Assembly: GCA_024278055.1 (NCBI GenBank)
Contig: JAJRTY010000018.1
Coordinates: 1,072 to 65,071, forward strand
Length of the DNA: 64,000 bases
Direction: 5' to 3'
Source: Alphaproteobacteria bacterium
Lineage (GTDB): Bacteria; Pseudomonadota; Alphaproteobacteria; Rhizobiales; JAJFHR01
Shown here: piece by piece, positions 36,820-45,939 of the stretch
Numbering within the stretch: position 1 is the stretch's first letter
How the letters are laid out: every line of letters starts with the position of its first letter
Notes under the pieces: model-generated
Told to the model about the DNA's origin: nothing
The model's database searches: none
What the model saw: only the letters and a program-made list of their open reading frames with translations
Program-made: the position numbers and the translations under genes

Positions 36820-38079
36820 ATGAAGCGTCTCTACCAGAAAATCTACCTGACCATCATCGCCAGCCTCGTCGTCGTCGTTATCACAGCTGGTTTAATGTGG
36901 CGCTTTGGACCTGGCTTTCGTCAGGACAATACGGTTTTTGAAATTACCCGCGAACTGGTCAGCCTGGCCTTGCCGCCAGCCACCGCTATGAAAGAACAAC
37001 AGGCGCAAGGTGCCAGAGAGCTGGCAAAACGTCTCAAAATCGACCTTGCCCTTTATGATGAAAACCGCACCCTTATAGTTTCCACAGATCCTGATCTTCC
37101 CGGCCCGGAAAAAAAGATCGGCAGGTTAAATCACAAACGCGGTAAACTGGTGTGGATTTTTCAGCTCGGTGACAAGCGCTGGATTGTCGCCAAAGCGCCC
37201 CAGTTTCGCGAACATTCTGCCCTTGGCATGATAGGCTTCCTCGGTGCCATTGCATTGATCATCGCACTTTGCGCTTATCCTGTTGTACGCGGCCTCACCC
37301 GCCGGCTTGAGCGCTTGCAGGTTGGTGTGGAAACTCTGGGAACCGGTGATCTGGGCACAAGAGTTGAGGTCCAGGGCAAAGATGAAATTGCCCAGCTTGC
37401 CAAGAGCTTTAACGCTGCAGCAGCGCAAATTGAAGACCTGTTTGATACCCATCGTCAATTGCTTGCCAATGCCTCCCACGAATTGCGAACACCTCTGGCC
37501 CGCATCCGGCTGGGGCTTGAGTTAATGAAAACAGACGCAACTTCGGACAGGCAGGCTAATCTTGAACGCGACATTCAGGAGCTGGATCAAATGATTGATG
37601 AAATTCTTCTAGTCAGCCGCCTCGAGGCCGTTCACACATTAAAAACCGAAGATGAAATAGACCTGCTTGCCCTGGTTGCCGAAGAATGTGCCCGATATGA
37701 TGCCTGCTGGCTGCATGGTGAGCCATCGTTTGTGCGTGGTGATCCCCGCCTGCTGCGCCGCTTAATCCGCAACCTGCTCGATAATGCCAGCCGCCACGGC
37801 AAACCGCCGGTTGAAATAGAGGTCATGCCTGAAGGTGACACAATTGTTCTGAGCATCACGGATCATGGCGAGGGCATCCCCAAATCCGAATGGCAAAATG
37901 TTTTCAAACCCTTCTATCGCCTCAGCAAAAGTCAGAACAAAACCGGTAGCGGTCTCGGTCTCGCCCTTGTCGCCCAGATTGCCGAACGCCACGGCGGTGG
38001 CGCCGCCATCGTGCAAAAAGAAGGCAGCCAAAGCAGTATCCGCGTTACTCTTCCATCAATTTCAAGCGTGTCTGGATGA
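36820..38079 (+). CDS. sensor histidine kinase (CpxA-like architecture)
   Basis: Two TM segments flanking a periplasmic region, then a HAMP domain. H-box NASHELRTPLARI, N-box LLDNASRHG, G-boxes DHGEGIP and GSGLGLALVAQIAERHGG. Start taken at MKRLYQK. Confidence 0.9.
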   Translation: MKRLYQKIYLTIIASLVVVVITAGLMWRFGPGFRQDNTVFEITRELVSLALPPATAMKEQQAQGARELAKRLKIDLALYDENRTLIVSTDPDLPGPEKKIGRLNHKRGKLVWIFQLGDKRWIVAKAPQFREHSALGMIGFLGAIALIIALCAYPVVRGLTRRLERLQVGVETLGTGDLGTRVEVQGKDEIAQLAKSFNAAAAQIEDLFDTHRQLLANASHELRTPLARIRLGLELMKTDATSDRQANLERDIQELDQMIDEILLVSRLEAVHTLKTEDEIDLLALVAEECARYDACWLHGEPSFVRGDPRLLRRLIRNLLDNASRHGKPPVEIEVMPEGDTIVLSITDHGEGIPKSEWQNVFKPFYRLSKSQNKTGSGLGLALVAQIAERHGGGAAIVQKEGSQSSIRVTLPSISSVSG

Positions 38080-39337
38080 TGGATTTCAGTTGCGCCCTAA
38101 GCTCTTGAGCATCCCATACAAATCCCGCCTCGATCCATTCCTGTTCAAGCTTTGCCAGCACCTCACCCACTTGCGGCCCCGCTTTCACTCCCAGGGCCAA
38201 GACATCTGCACCGGTGGGTAAAAAGGTCGGTACCTGCCATCGTTGGGGAAGCGTAACTATTTTTTCCCACGCACAAACATCCGCTGTTTCACCCTCCAGG
38301 CTCCAGGCCAGAACAGCACATTGCCGGTATGCATTTTCCCCCAACCGGTAAAGCAGGGCTTTTTGCACGGGCTCTTTCAACTTTGATGAAAAAGCCTCAA
38401 CATGGCGCCCCAGGCCGGTCAGACATGCGAACTCCTTTTTTGATAATTTCAAACGCTTCCCCCACGCGTCCATCAACTCTGCATTTCCCCCTGCCAAAGC
38501 CGCCAGCCGCAACAGGGCACTGTTACAAAAACTCAGCTTCTGCTCTATTTTTGCCAGATTGGTGAAGCCTTCAGGCTTAACTGCCCCTGGCAGGATTTCA
38601 TCCAGCACCTTGACGCCAACCATCCGTTCAATAACCTCGCCGGCAAAAGGAGCCACCAGAAGCTTGAACATTTCCTTTTTAATCCGCTCCGCCGAGAGCT
38701 GTGCCAGACCGTGCTTGCGGTCAATACACGCAGCCAGCCCCTGAGCATCCAGAGACCCTTTGCCATAAATGGCGGAAAACCTGAAAAACCGGAGAATACG
38801 TAGGTAATCCTCCTCAATTCGTTGCGAGGCCTCGCCGATAAACCGTACCCGCCTTGCCACTACATCGCCATAGCCGTCCACAGGGTCGTAGACCGTGCCG
38901 CTTTCATCGCAATAAAGCGCATTTATGAAGAAATCACGTCGTTGTGCATCCAGCTTCCAGCTTTGCGTTGGTGCTGTAACCGCATGGCGACCATCGGTTT
39001 CAATATCGATCCGCAAAGGTGTGACTTCAAACACATGAGTTCGGTCTGCGTGGACAACAATGAGGCTTACCGTGCCATGGTCGCCACCCGTAGCGACAAC
39101 CTTAATGCCTGCATTTTCTGCCCGGCGCATGATCTCCTCAGGCTCGTGAACCGTTGCCAGATCAATGTCGCTCACAGGCTTACCAAACAACGCATCACGC
39201 ACAGCACCGCCAACCACACGCACTTCATCGTGGTTTCCCAATAGTGAAAAAACAGATTTTAGCGCTTGTGAATTCAACCAGTCCGCACCCGCAAGACAGG
39301 CTCTAACTCCAGAATAACCCATATCCGATGATACCAC
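38045..39337 (-). CDS. cca: CCA tRNA nucleotidyltransferase (poly(A) polymerase family)
   Basis: VRVVGGAVRDALFGKPVSDIDLAT head-domain motif and RDFFINALY. The 3' end overlaps the convergent kinase gene by 35 nt. The exact start is uncertain (39337 or 39322). Confidence 0.85.
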   Translation of the reverse strand: MVSSDMGYSGVRACLAGADWLNSQALKSVFSLLGNHDEVRVVGGAVRDALFGKPVSDIDLATVHEPEEIMRRAENAGIKVVATGGDHGTVSLIVVHADRTHVFEVTPLRIDIETDGRHAVTAPTQSWKLDAQRRDFFINALYCDESGTVYDPVDGYGDVVARRVRFIGEASQRIEEDYLRILRFFRFSAIYGKGSLDAQGLAACIDRKHGLAQLSAERIKKEMFKLLVAPFAGEVIERMVGVKVLDEILPGAVKPEGFTNLAKIEQKLSFCNSALLRLAALAGGNAELMDAWGKRLKLSKKEFACLTGLGRHVEAFSSKLKEPVQKALLYRLGENAYRQCAVLAWSLEGETADVCAWEKIVTLPQRWQVPTFLPTGADVLALGVKAGPQVGEVLAKLEQEWIEAGFVWDAQELRAQLKSIIQTRLKLMEE

Positions 39338-39497
39338 CGCCGACCAGCAAAAGCCCGGTCATGCACAGATTGAACAAGGGCACCTGCTGCCAGAAACTTC
39401 GCCCGGCCTCTTTCTTGTTGAAAACCATGAAATAAAGTCCATAGGCCAAAAAAGGCGTCGAGAAAGCGAATAACTCAAATAATACAAGCCGAAGCAT
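39303..39497 (-). CDS. small two-TM membrane protein
   Basis: 64 aa with two hydrophobic helices (LVLFELFAFSTPFLAYGLYFMVF and LCMTGLLLVGGGIIGYGLF). Tightly packed between the Nudix and cca genes. Confidence 0.45.
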   Translation of the reverse strand: MLRLVLFELFAFSTPFLAYGLYFMVFNKKEAGRSFWQQVPLFNLCMTGLLLVGGGIIGYGLFWS

Positions 39498-39505
39498 AAT
39501 TTTGC

Positions 39506-40156
39506 CTAATCCCTATAGATGCGATCATAAAAATTTTTCAACATACCTGCTGTTGCCCCCCAGATGAACTTATCACCATATGGCATGGCATAATACGCCC
39601 GATTTTTACCCTGCCAGTAACGGCTGTGTTTTTGGTGGTTTTCAACGGTCATTAAGAATTCCAGCGGAACCTCAAAAGCCTCATCCACCTCTCGTTTGTC
39701 AAGTTCAAGCTGATATGTCGAAGGCACCAGACCCACCACCGGTGTTATTCTAAATCCACTGCCAGTCTGATAGGTGTCCAGATAGCCGACAATGTCAACC
39801 AGAGAAGGGTCAAGCCCGACTTCTTCATTCGCCTCTCTCAGAGCTGCAGCTACAATACTGTCGTCACATTTCTCAACTTTACCGCCGGGAAAGGCCACCT
39901 GGCCGGGATGCGACGCCATATTTTCCGGCCGGCGGGTCAGCAACACCCGGGCACCTTTTTCATAATTTATAACCGCAATCAAAACAGCGGCGGCCCGCGG
40001 TGGCACACTCAAATCTTCACAATAATCCGGGTTAAGATCAAAATCACTGCGCCCGCTTGGAAGCGAAAAATCAAAAGCCGAAGCAGGCACCTCCTGCCGC
40101 AAGGCAGATTTCGCCAGCCGCCGCAGCTCATCTGCCGTATATTCGAATTTCTGCAA
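39506..40156 (-). CDS. CoA pyrophosphatase (Nudix hydrolase)
   Basis: Nudix box GQVAFPGGKVEKCDDSIVAAALREANEEVGL, preceded by AAVLIAV...LLTRR as in NudL-type CoA pyrophosphatases. Confidence 0.8.
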   Translation of the reverse strand: MQKFEYTADELRRLAKSALRQEVPASAFDFSLPSGRSDFDLNPDYCEDLSVPPRAAAVLIAVINYEKGARVLLTRRPENMASHPGQVAFPGGKVEKCDDSIVAAALREANEEVGLDPSLVDIVGYLDTYQTGSGFRITPVVGLVPSTYQLELDKREVDEAFEVPLEFLMTVENHQKHSRYWQGKNRAYYAMPYGDKFIWGATAGMLKNFYDRIYRD

Positions 40157-40186
40157 CGTTAAAAACCAGTTCCAAAATTAGTTTTC

Positions 40187-40295
40187 TTTTTGGGAAGTCC
40201 TGAAGCCAGCCCGCTCCCCCGGCCCAACCACCCGATAAGGTACCCTGTGGGTGGTTGGGCCGGGGGAGCGGGCTGGCTTCAGGACTTCCCAAAAA
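40187..40295. repeat. perfect 47-nt-arm palindrome (109 bp)
   Basis: Left arm 40187-40233 (TTTTTGGGAAGTCCTGAAGCCAGCCCGCTCCCCCGGCCCAACCACCC) is the exact reverse complement of right arm 40249-40295. I checked this base by base. The loop is 15 nt (GATAAGGTACCCTGT). Confidence 0.95.
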
Positions 40296-40298
40296 ACC

Positions 40299-40910
40299 TC
40301 ATAAAAACTCAAGCTCATCGGCCTTCGCCATTGGATAAAACTCACCTCGGCTCCATACCCCGAAACTCAAATCACCATCCACCTCATGTTCACATCCAAG
40401 ACCGACCAGACCATATAACACCGCCCGGCATATCAGCGCTTCCAGACGGTCACGTACCAGAACATAAGGTTTAAGCCCGTGATTGACCTTTTCGGTTTCA
40501 AATCTGATCGGATGATCCCGATCAACGCAAACTTCATCGCCCACATTGGTGGTAAAAGTGATGACCTGCTGGCGCCCCTGACCTTCAACAGCCATCAAAA
40601 CCGCTAGAAACGGGGCATCATCCACCGTGATGCCAACCTTTTCAACCGGTGTCACCAGATAATATTTACCATCGTCATCATGGCGCAAAACCGTTGAAAA
40701 CAAACGCACCAGCGGCTTGCGGCCAATGGGGGAACCCATATAATACCAGGTGCCGTCGCTGGCAATTCGCATGTCCAGATCACCGCAAAATGGTGGGTTC
40801 CAAAGGTGAACCGGCGGCAGGCTTTTGGATTTCCTCGCTGCCTGATCCACCTGCGTCAGCCCTTTGAGGCTCAATGGTGTTTCAATGCCGGTTGCGATTT
40901 CACTCGCCAT
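40299..40910 (-). CDS. DUF1285-family protein
   Basis: WNPPFCGDLDMRIASDGTWYYMGSPIGRKPLVRLFSTVL pattern as I recall for DUF1285. It sits beside the MoxR operon, as is typical in alphaproteobacteria. Confidence 0.55.
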   Translation of the reverse strand: MASEIATGIETPLSLKGLTQVDQAARKSKSLPPVHLWNPPFCGDLDMRIASDGTWYYMGSPIGRKPLVRLFSTVLRHDDDGKYYLVTPVEKVGITVDDAPFLAVLMAVEGQGRQQVITFTTNVGDEVCVDRDHPIRFETEKVNHGLKPYVLVRDRLEALICRAVLYGLVGLGCEHEVDGDLSFGVWSRGEFYPMAKADELEFL

Positions 40911-41075
40911 AATGATGCCATTTCAATATCTTAAATCTCATATCAGCCATGACCGTAAAGGATTTTCGATAATAATTCGATAGTGAAACGCATAATTTAA
41001 CTACCCGAACACGTCGCATTCACATATTCTCGACGTTAACGATCAACGCTTCTTAATTGCAACATTTCAACTATA

Positions 41076-42086
41076 ATGGGTCTTATGCATACCATCAATG
41101 AAGTGGACGCAAACATCGTCCCAAAGTTAGAAAAAACGTCCGAAAAGCTGATTTCAGCCCGTGAAGCAGTTGGTGAAGTTATCTTTGGCCAGGACAAGGT
41201 TATTGACCAAACCCTCATTGCCATTCTTTCAGGCGGCCACGCGCTGATTATCGGCGTTCCGGGGCTGGCCAAAACCAAACTGGTCGAAACCATGGGAACT
41301 GTTCTCGGGTTAGATGAAAAACGCATCCAGTTCACCCCCGACCTCATGCCCGCAGATATCGTTGGTTCTGAAGTTCTGGAGGAAACTGCCGACAAAAAAC
41401 GCGCCTTCCGCTTCATCAAGGGACCGATTTTCTCGCAACTGCTGATGGCTGACGAAATAAACCGGGCAAGCCCGCGCACCCAGTCCGCACTGTTGCAGGC
41501 GATGCAGGAACATCACGTCACTGTGGCCGGTGAAACCTACCCCCTGCCACGGCCGTTTCATGTGCTCGCCACACAAAATCCACTGGAGCAGGAAGGCACC
41601 TACCCCCTGCCCGAAGCGCAACTGGACAGGTTCATCCTTGAAATTGATATCACCTATCCCGACCTCGATGCTGAACGCCGCATGCTGTTTGCCACCACCG
41701 GGGCTACTGAAATTCTGGCTAAAAAAGCAATTTCCACCCCGGAACTTATCAACGCACAAAGTCTGATCCGGCAAATGCCGGTGGGTGACGCAATTGTTGA
41801 GGCCATCCTTAAACTTGTGCGCGGGGCGCGTCCCGATGATGCCGGGGCTTCGCCTGAGATAAAAAAACACGTGGCCTGGGGTCCGGGCCCACGCGCCAGT
41901 CAGGCTTTGATGCTGGGTGTACGGGCAAAATGCCTGCTCGAGGGTCGTTTGAGCCCGTCACTTGACGATGTGCTGGCGCTCGCCCGACCGGTGCTGAAAC
42001 ACCGCATGGCCCTGACATTTGCCGCCCGCGCCGATGGTGTTCGCCTCGGAAATATTGTTGATCATCTGTGTGACAGTATCAGTTAG
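41076..42086 (+). CDS. MoxR-family AAA+ ATPase
   Basis: Walker A GVPGLAKT and Walker B LLMADEINRASPRTQSALLQAM. VLATQNPLEQEGTYPLPEAQLDRF is the MoxR hallmark. An alternative start is at 41085. Confidence 0.9.
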   Translation: MGLMHTINEVDANIVPKLEKTSEKLISAREAVGEVIFGQDKVIDQTLIAILSGGHALIIGVPGLAKTKLVETMGTVLGLDEKRIQFTPDLMPADIVGSEVLEETADKKRAFRFIKGPIFSQLLMADEINRASPRTQSALLQAMQEHHVTVAGETYPLPRPFHVLATQNPLEQEGTYPLPEAQLDRFILEIDITYPDLDAERRMLFATTGATEILAKKAISTPELINAQSLIRQMPVGDAIVEAILKLVRGARPDDAGASPEIKKHVAWGPGPRASQALMLGVRAKCLLEGRLSPSLDDVLALARPVLKHRMALTFAARADGVRLGNIVDHLCDSIS

Positions 42087-42098
42087 GTCATTAAAAAC

Positions 42099-43079
42099 AT
42101 GGGACCTACCAGCGAAAATACACAGAAAAATGACAAAGAAGCAGGCTATCGCTGGCGCGAAAAAGCTGAACATCTGGCCAGTTCATTACCGCCCTTGCTG
42201 GCCCAGGCTGACCGCGTTGCCCACACGATAATTCAGGGCATGCATGGCCGCCGGCGCACTGGTGTCGGCGAAGCATTCTGGCAGTTCAGGCACTACCAGC
42301 CCGGCGATATGTCCAACCGTATCGACTGGCGCAAATCCGCTCACAGCGACGCTTTGCTGATCCGCGAAAACGAATGGGAAGCCGCCAACACCGTCTGGCT
42401 GTGGTGCGACTGCTCGGCTTCGATGGGGTTTCAGTCTTCGCTTGCCACCTCCACAAAGGCTGATCGCGCCATCCTGTTAACCCTTGCCCTTGCAGTATTG
42501 CTGGTGCGCGGCGGTGAAAGAATTGGTATTCTGGGCTCCGATCTGCCACCTGCGACCGGCCAACGGGCAATCCGGCGTCTGGCCACCTTGTTGCTTAACA
42601 AAGAGCGGGGGAACGATCCCTCTTTGCTTTCGCTGCCACCACGCTCTGAAATGCCCCGGTTTTCCACGGCGGTTTTTTTCTCGGATTTCCTTGAACCGGT
42701 GGATCAACTGGTCGAACGCCTGTCAATTCTGGCAACACCGGACGTCAGCGGTCACCTGGTTCAGATACTTGATCCCGCAGAAGAAACCCTGCCCTATTTT
42801 GGCCGCACCGAATTTTCCGGCATGGAAGATGACACCCGGCTGACGGTCGGCAAGGCCGAAAGCCTGGCTGGGGAATTCGCCGATAAGATGGCCGAACACC
42901 GCGCAAATATTGCCGACATTGCAACCCGGCTGGGCTGGACCTATTCACTCCACCGCACAGATGACACAGCACAATCAGGCCTGCTCAAACTCTATGGCCT
43001 GTTGGGGGATTATACCGCCCTGCGCAATGTTCTGGGCAGTGGTGCCGCCCACATGAGTTCTACCGCAGGCGGGCAATAA
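42099..43079 (+). CDS. DUF58-domain protein
   Basis: GEAFWQFRHYQPGDMSNRIDWRKSA is the conserved DUF58 motif (F...R.Y..GD....IDW). It follows the MoxR gene. Confidence 0.8.
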   Translation: MGPTSENTQKNDKEAGYRWREKAEHLASSLPPLLAQADRVAHTIIQGMHGRRRTGVGEAFWQFRHYQPGDMSNRIDWRKSAHSDALLIRENEWEAANTVWLWCDCSASMGFQSSLATSTKADRAILLTLALAVLLVRGGERIGILGSDLPPATGQRAIRRLATLLLNKERGNDPSLLSLPPRSEMPRFSTAVFFSDFLEPVDQLVERLSILATPDVSGHLVQILDPAEETLPYFGRTEFSGMEDDTRLTVGKAESLAGEFADKMAEHRANIADIATRLGWTYSLHRTDDTAQSGLLKLYGLLGDYTALRNVLGSGAAHMSSTAGGQ

Positions 43080-43081
43080 GG

Positions 43082-45922
43082 ATGTTGTCCCTCGGCACCA
43101 TAGGTTTTCTGTTTCCCCTCGCCTTAACAGCCTTGCTGTTATTGCCGCTTGTCTGGTGGCTTTTGAGGATTACCCCGCCCCGACCCAAAATTATCGCCTT
43201 TCCCGCGGTAAGATTATTGTTTGGCCTCAGCGACAAGCAGGAAACATCTGATAAAAGCCCGTGGTGGCTGATAATGCTCAGAACCGCGCTGGCCGTATTT
43301 ATCATCCTCGCCTTTGCCCGGCCGGTCCTCAATCCGGCCAAAAAATTAAGTGCAGGCTCCGGCCCCATGGTCATTGTCGTCGATGACACCTGGGCCTCGG
43401 CATCCAAGTGGAAATTGCGCCATACCCTTCTGCTTTCCCTGATTGAAGAAGCCGCCCGCAGCTCAAGGCCGGTGGCAATTGACACCACAGCTTTGCGACT
43501 AAACCCACCCGCGCCCACTTTAAAAACCGCACAGGCGGCAAAAGAAATTGCCCTTGCCTTGCAACCCCAACCGTTCAAGGCCGATCGCGCAAAGACTGCT
43601 TTGCGATTGAAAAAAGCACTGGCGCAAACAAAAGCCCCTGAAGTTTTCTGGCTGACTGACGGTCTGGACTATGGCCAATCGGAGAGTTTTGGCGCAAGCC
43701 TGACCGCCCTGGGAGATGGTGCGGGTACCTTAAGCATCGTTACCCGCAAGAATGGCGCCGACATTCTGGCGCTCCTGCCGCCTGCCATCAAGGAGGGTGA
43801 ATTGATCTTGCGCGCCGCCTCCACGCGTAAAACAGTCCTTTCTTCCCCGCTGCCCGCTGTCCGCGCCGTGGCTGCCAACGGGCGCAACCTTGGTCAGGCC
43901 ACCTTAAAGCCTGGCAAGGATGGCATTCTGGAAGCGAGATTAATTTTGCCCTCGGAACTCAGAAACAGCATTCGCCGGCTGGAAATCACTGACCAGACCT
44001 CAGCGGGAGCCGTGTTTCTGCTTGATGACAGATGGCGCAGGCGCCCTGTCGGGCTTGTTTCGGGAGGAGCCGCAGACCTGGCCCAGCCCCTGCTCGGTCC
44101 GCTGTATTATGTCCGCCGCGCCCTGTCGCCTTACGCCGAAATCCGCTCGGCTAAAAATGATCCCGACACCTCCACCATCTCCGCATTGCTGAGGGAACCC
44201 CTGGCGCTTCTCATTTTGGCCGATGTCGGCAAACTGGTCGGCAGCGATGAGGCTCTGGTCAATAAATGGGTTGAGCGCGGTGGCATACTGGTGCGCTTTG
44301 CCGGGCCGCGTCTGGCCAGCCTCAATGATAATCTCATCCCCGTTGACCTCAGGCGCGGAGGCCGCACTCTGGGCGGTGCATTAACCTGGAGCAAACCGCA
44401 GACACTGGCGGAATTCCCGGAAAACAGTCCCTTTTTCGGCTTTAAGATCGGAAATGAAATTTCCGTTTCAAGGCAGGTTTTGGCCGAACCTACACCGGAT
44501 CTGCCGGAAAAAACCTGGGCGCGTCTCGCCGATGGCACTCCCCTTGTCACTGCCAGCCCAAAAGGTGCGGGTCAGATTATACTATTCCATGTCACCGCCA
44601 ATTCAGACTGGTCCAACCTGCCTTTGTCTGGCCTGTTCGTAAACATGCTGCGACGTATTCTTGACCAGTCCTCGGTGGTTGATACAGCGACACAAGGTGC
44701 CAGGAAATCAACAATCCAGCAATCGCGAACACTGCCTCCGTTCAAAATTCTCGATGGCTTTGGAAGCCTGCAACAACCATCGGCGACAGTAGAACCCATT
44801 GAAATAATTACTCTGGAAAAGGCGACCCCAGGTGCGGCGAACCCTCCCGGTCTGTATGGTACGCCCGGCACCCAGCGCGCCTTGAATGTTACTGATAACA
44901 ACACCAGACTGGTGGTTCTTGAAAAATTTCCAGCCGCAGCATCAAAAGTTGCCTATGTCGCCATTCCACCCGTGCCTCTGACACCCTGGGCTTTTGCTTT
45001 GGCCCTGCTGTTATTGCTTGCCGATTGTATCGCCGTTCTGGTCTTGTCGGGCCGACTGGCGCAAGCCTTGCGACGAAATCACGGTGCCGTAGCTTCTGTG
45101 TTCATTGCAGCCTTTGCAGCCCTCACCTTAACAGCCACCATCAATCCGGTTCGGGCACAATCATCAGCCGAGGAGGTTTTTGCACTTAGGGCTTCTCTGG
45201 TAACCCGGCTGGCCTATGTCATCACCGGCTCGGAACAGCTCGATTCGACCAGTGCCGCAGGGTTGACCGGATTAAGTCTCGCCTTGCAGGAACGCACCTC
45301 CCTGGAGCCGGGCGTCCCCATGGGCGTTAATATTGAAACCGATGAACTGGCTTTTTTCCCGCTGTTGTACTGGCCCATATCCCCCGCTGCCGAGCCATTG
45401 AGTGATAAAGCGGCCGCCCGAATAGATGCCTACATGAAAAACGGCGGCACCATATTTTTCGACACTCGTGACCGCCAGTTGTCCTTGCGCGGAATAGACG
45501 GCAACGTCACCGGTCCCAGTTCAAAAGCCTTGCGTCTGCTGTTGGGGAAACTGGACATTCCAGCGCTGGAAATTGTTCCGGCATCTCACGTACTCACCAA
45601 ATCCTTCTATCTGCTCCAGGGCTTTCCCGGGCGCTGGACCGGCGGCCCCTTATGGGTTGAGGCCTCAAACTCCGCCGCTGTTGCGGATAAGGAAACCCCC
45701 CGGGGCAGGCTCAACAATGATGGTGTCTCCACCATTATTATCGGCTCCAACGATTATGCCGCCGCCTGGGCACGAGACCGCTACAACAAATATCTTTTCC
45801 CCGTTGTCCCCGGCGGTCCGCGCCAGCGTGAGCTGGCTTACCGCACCGGCATCAATATCGTCATGTACGCCCTTACCGGGAATTATAAAGCCGATCAGGT
45901 TCATTTGCCTGCCCTGCTTTAA
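43082..45922 (+). CDS. BatA-like N-terminal double-TM plus DUF4159-type C-terminal domain membrane protein
   Basis: The N-terminus (FLFPLALTALLLLPLVWWLLR...PWWLIMLRTALAVFIILA) matches the aerotolerance-regulator N-terminal double-TM pattern. The C-terminus (NDYAAAWA...QRELAYRTGINIVMYALTGNYKADQVH) is typical of DUF4159. Confidence 0.7.
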   Translation: MLSLGTIGFLFPLALTALLLLPLVWWLLRITPPRPKIIAFPAVRLLFGLSDKQETSDKSPWWLIMLRTALAVFIILAFARPVLNPAKKLSAGSGPMVIVVDDTWASASKWKLRHTLLLSLIEEAARSSRPVAIDTTALRLNPPAPTLKTAQAAKEIALALQPQPFKADRAKTALRLKKALAQTKAPEVFWLTDGLDYGQSESFGASLTALGDGAGTLSIVTRKNGADILALLPPAIKEGELILRAASTRKTVLSSPLPAVRAVAANGRNLGQATLKPGKDGILEARLILPSELRNSIRRLEITDQTSAGAVFLLDDRWRRRPVGLVSGGAADLAQPLLGPLYYVRRALSPYAEIRSAKNDPDTSTISALLREPLALLILADVGKLVGSDEALVNKWVERGGILVRFAGPRLASLNDNLIPVDLRRGGRTLGGALTWSKPQTLAEFPENSPFFGFKIGNEISVSRQVLAEPTPDLPEKTWARLADGTPLVTASPKGAGQIILFHVTANSDWSNLPLSGLFVNMLRRILDQSSVVDTATQGARKSTIQQSRTLPPFKILDGFGSLQQPSATVEPIEIITLEKATPGAANPPGLYGTPGTQRALNVTDNNTRLVVLEKFPAAASKVAYVAIPPVPLTPWAFALALLLLLADCIAVLVLSGRLAQALRRNHGAVASVFIAAFAALTLTATINPVRAQSSAEEVFALRASLVTRLAYVITGSEQLDSTSAAGLTGLSLALQERTSLEPGVPMGVNIETDELAFFPLLYWPISPAAEPLSDKAAARIDAYMKNGGTIFFDTRDRQLSLRGIDGNVTGPSSKALRLLLGKLDIPALEIVPASHVLTKSFYLLQGFPGRWTGGPLWVEASNSAAVADKETPRGRLNNDGVSTIIIGSNDYAAAWARDRYNKYLFPVVPGGPRQRELAYRTGINIVMYALTGNYKADQVHLPALL

Positions 45923-45939
45923 CGGCTGGGGCAATAATC

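Noticed and set aside
40187-40295. Reading the 47-bp-arm palindrome as a rho-independent (bidirectional) terminator
   Set aside because: The T-run precedes and the A-run follows the stem on the plus strand, and the same holds for the reverse-complement transcript. The runs therefore pair with each other as part of the stem, and no U-tract trails the hairpin on either strand.
40190-40474. 94-aa ORF on the plus strand (MGSPEASPLPRPNHPIRYPVGGWAGGAGW...)
   Set aside because: Its first third is simply the translation of the palindrome. The remainder is antisense to the well-supported DUF1285 gene.
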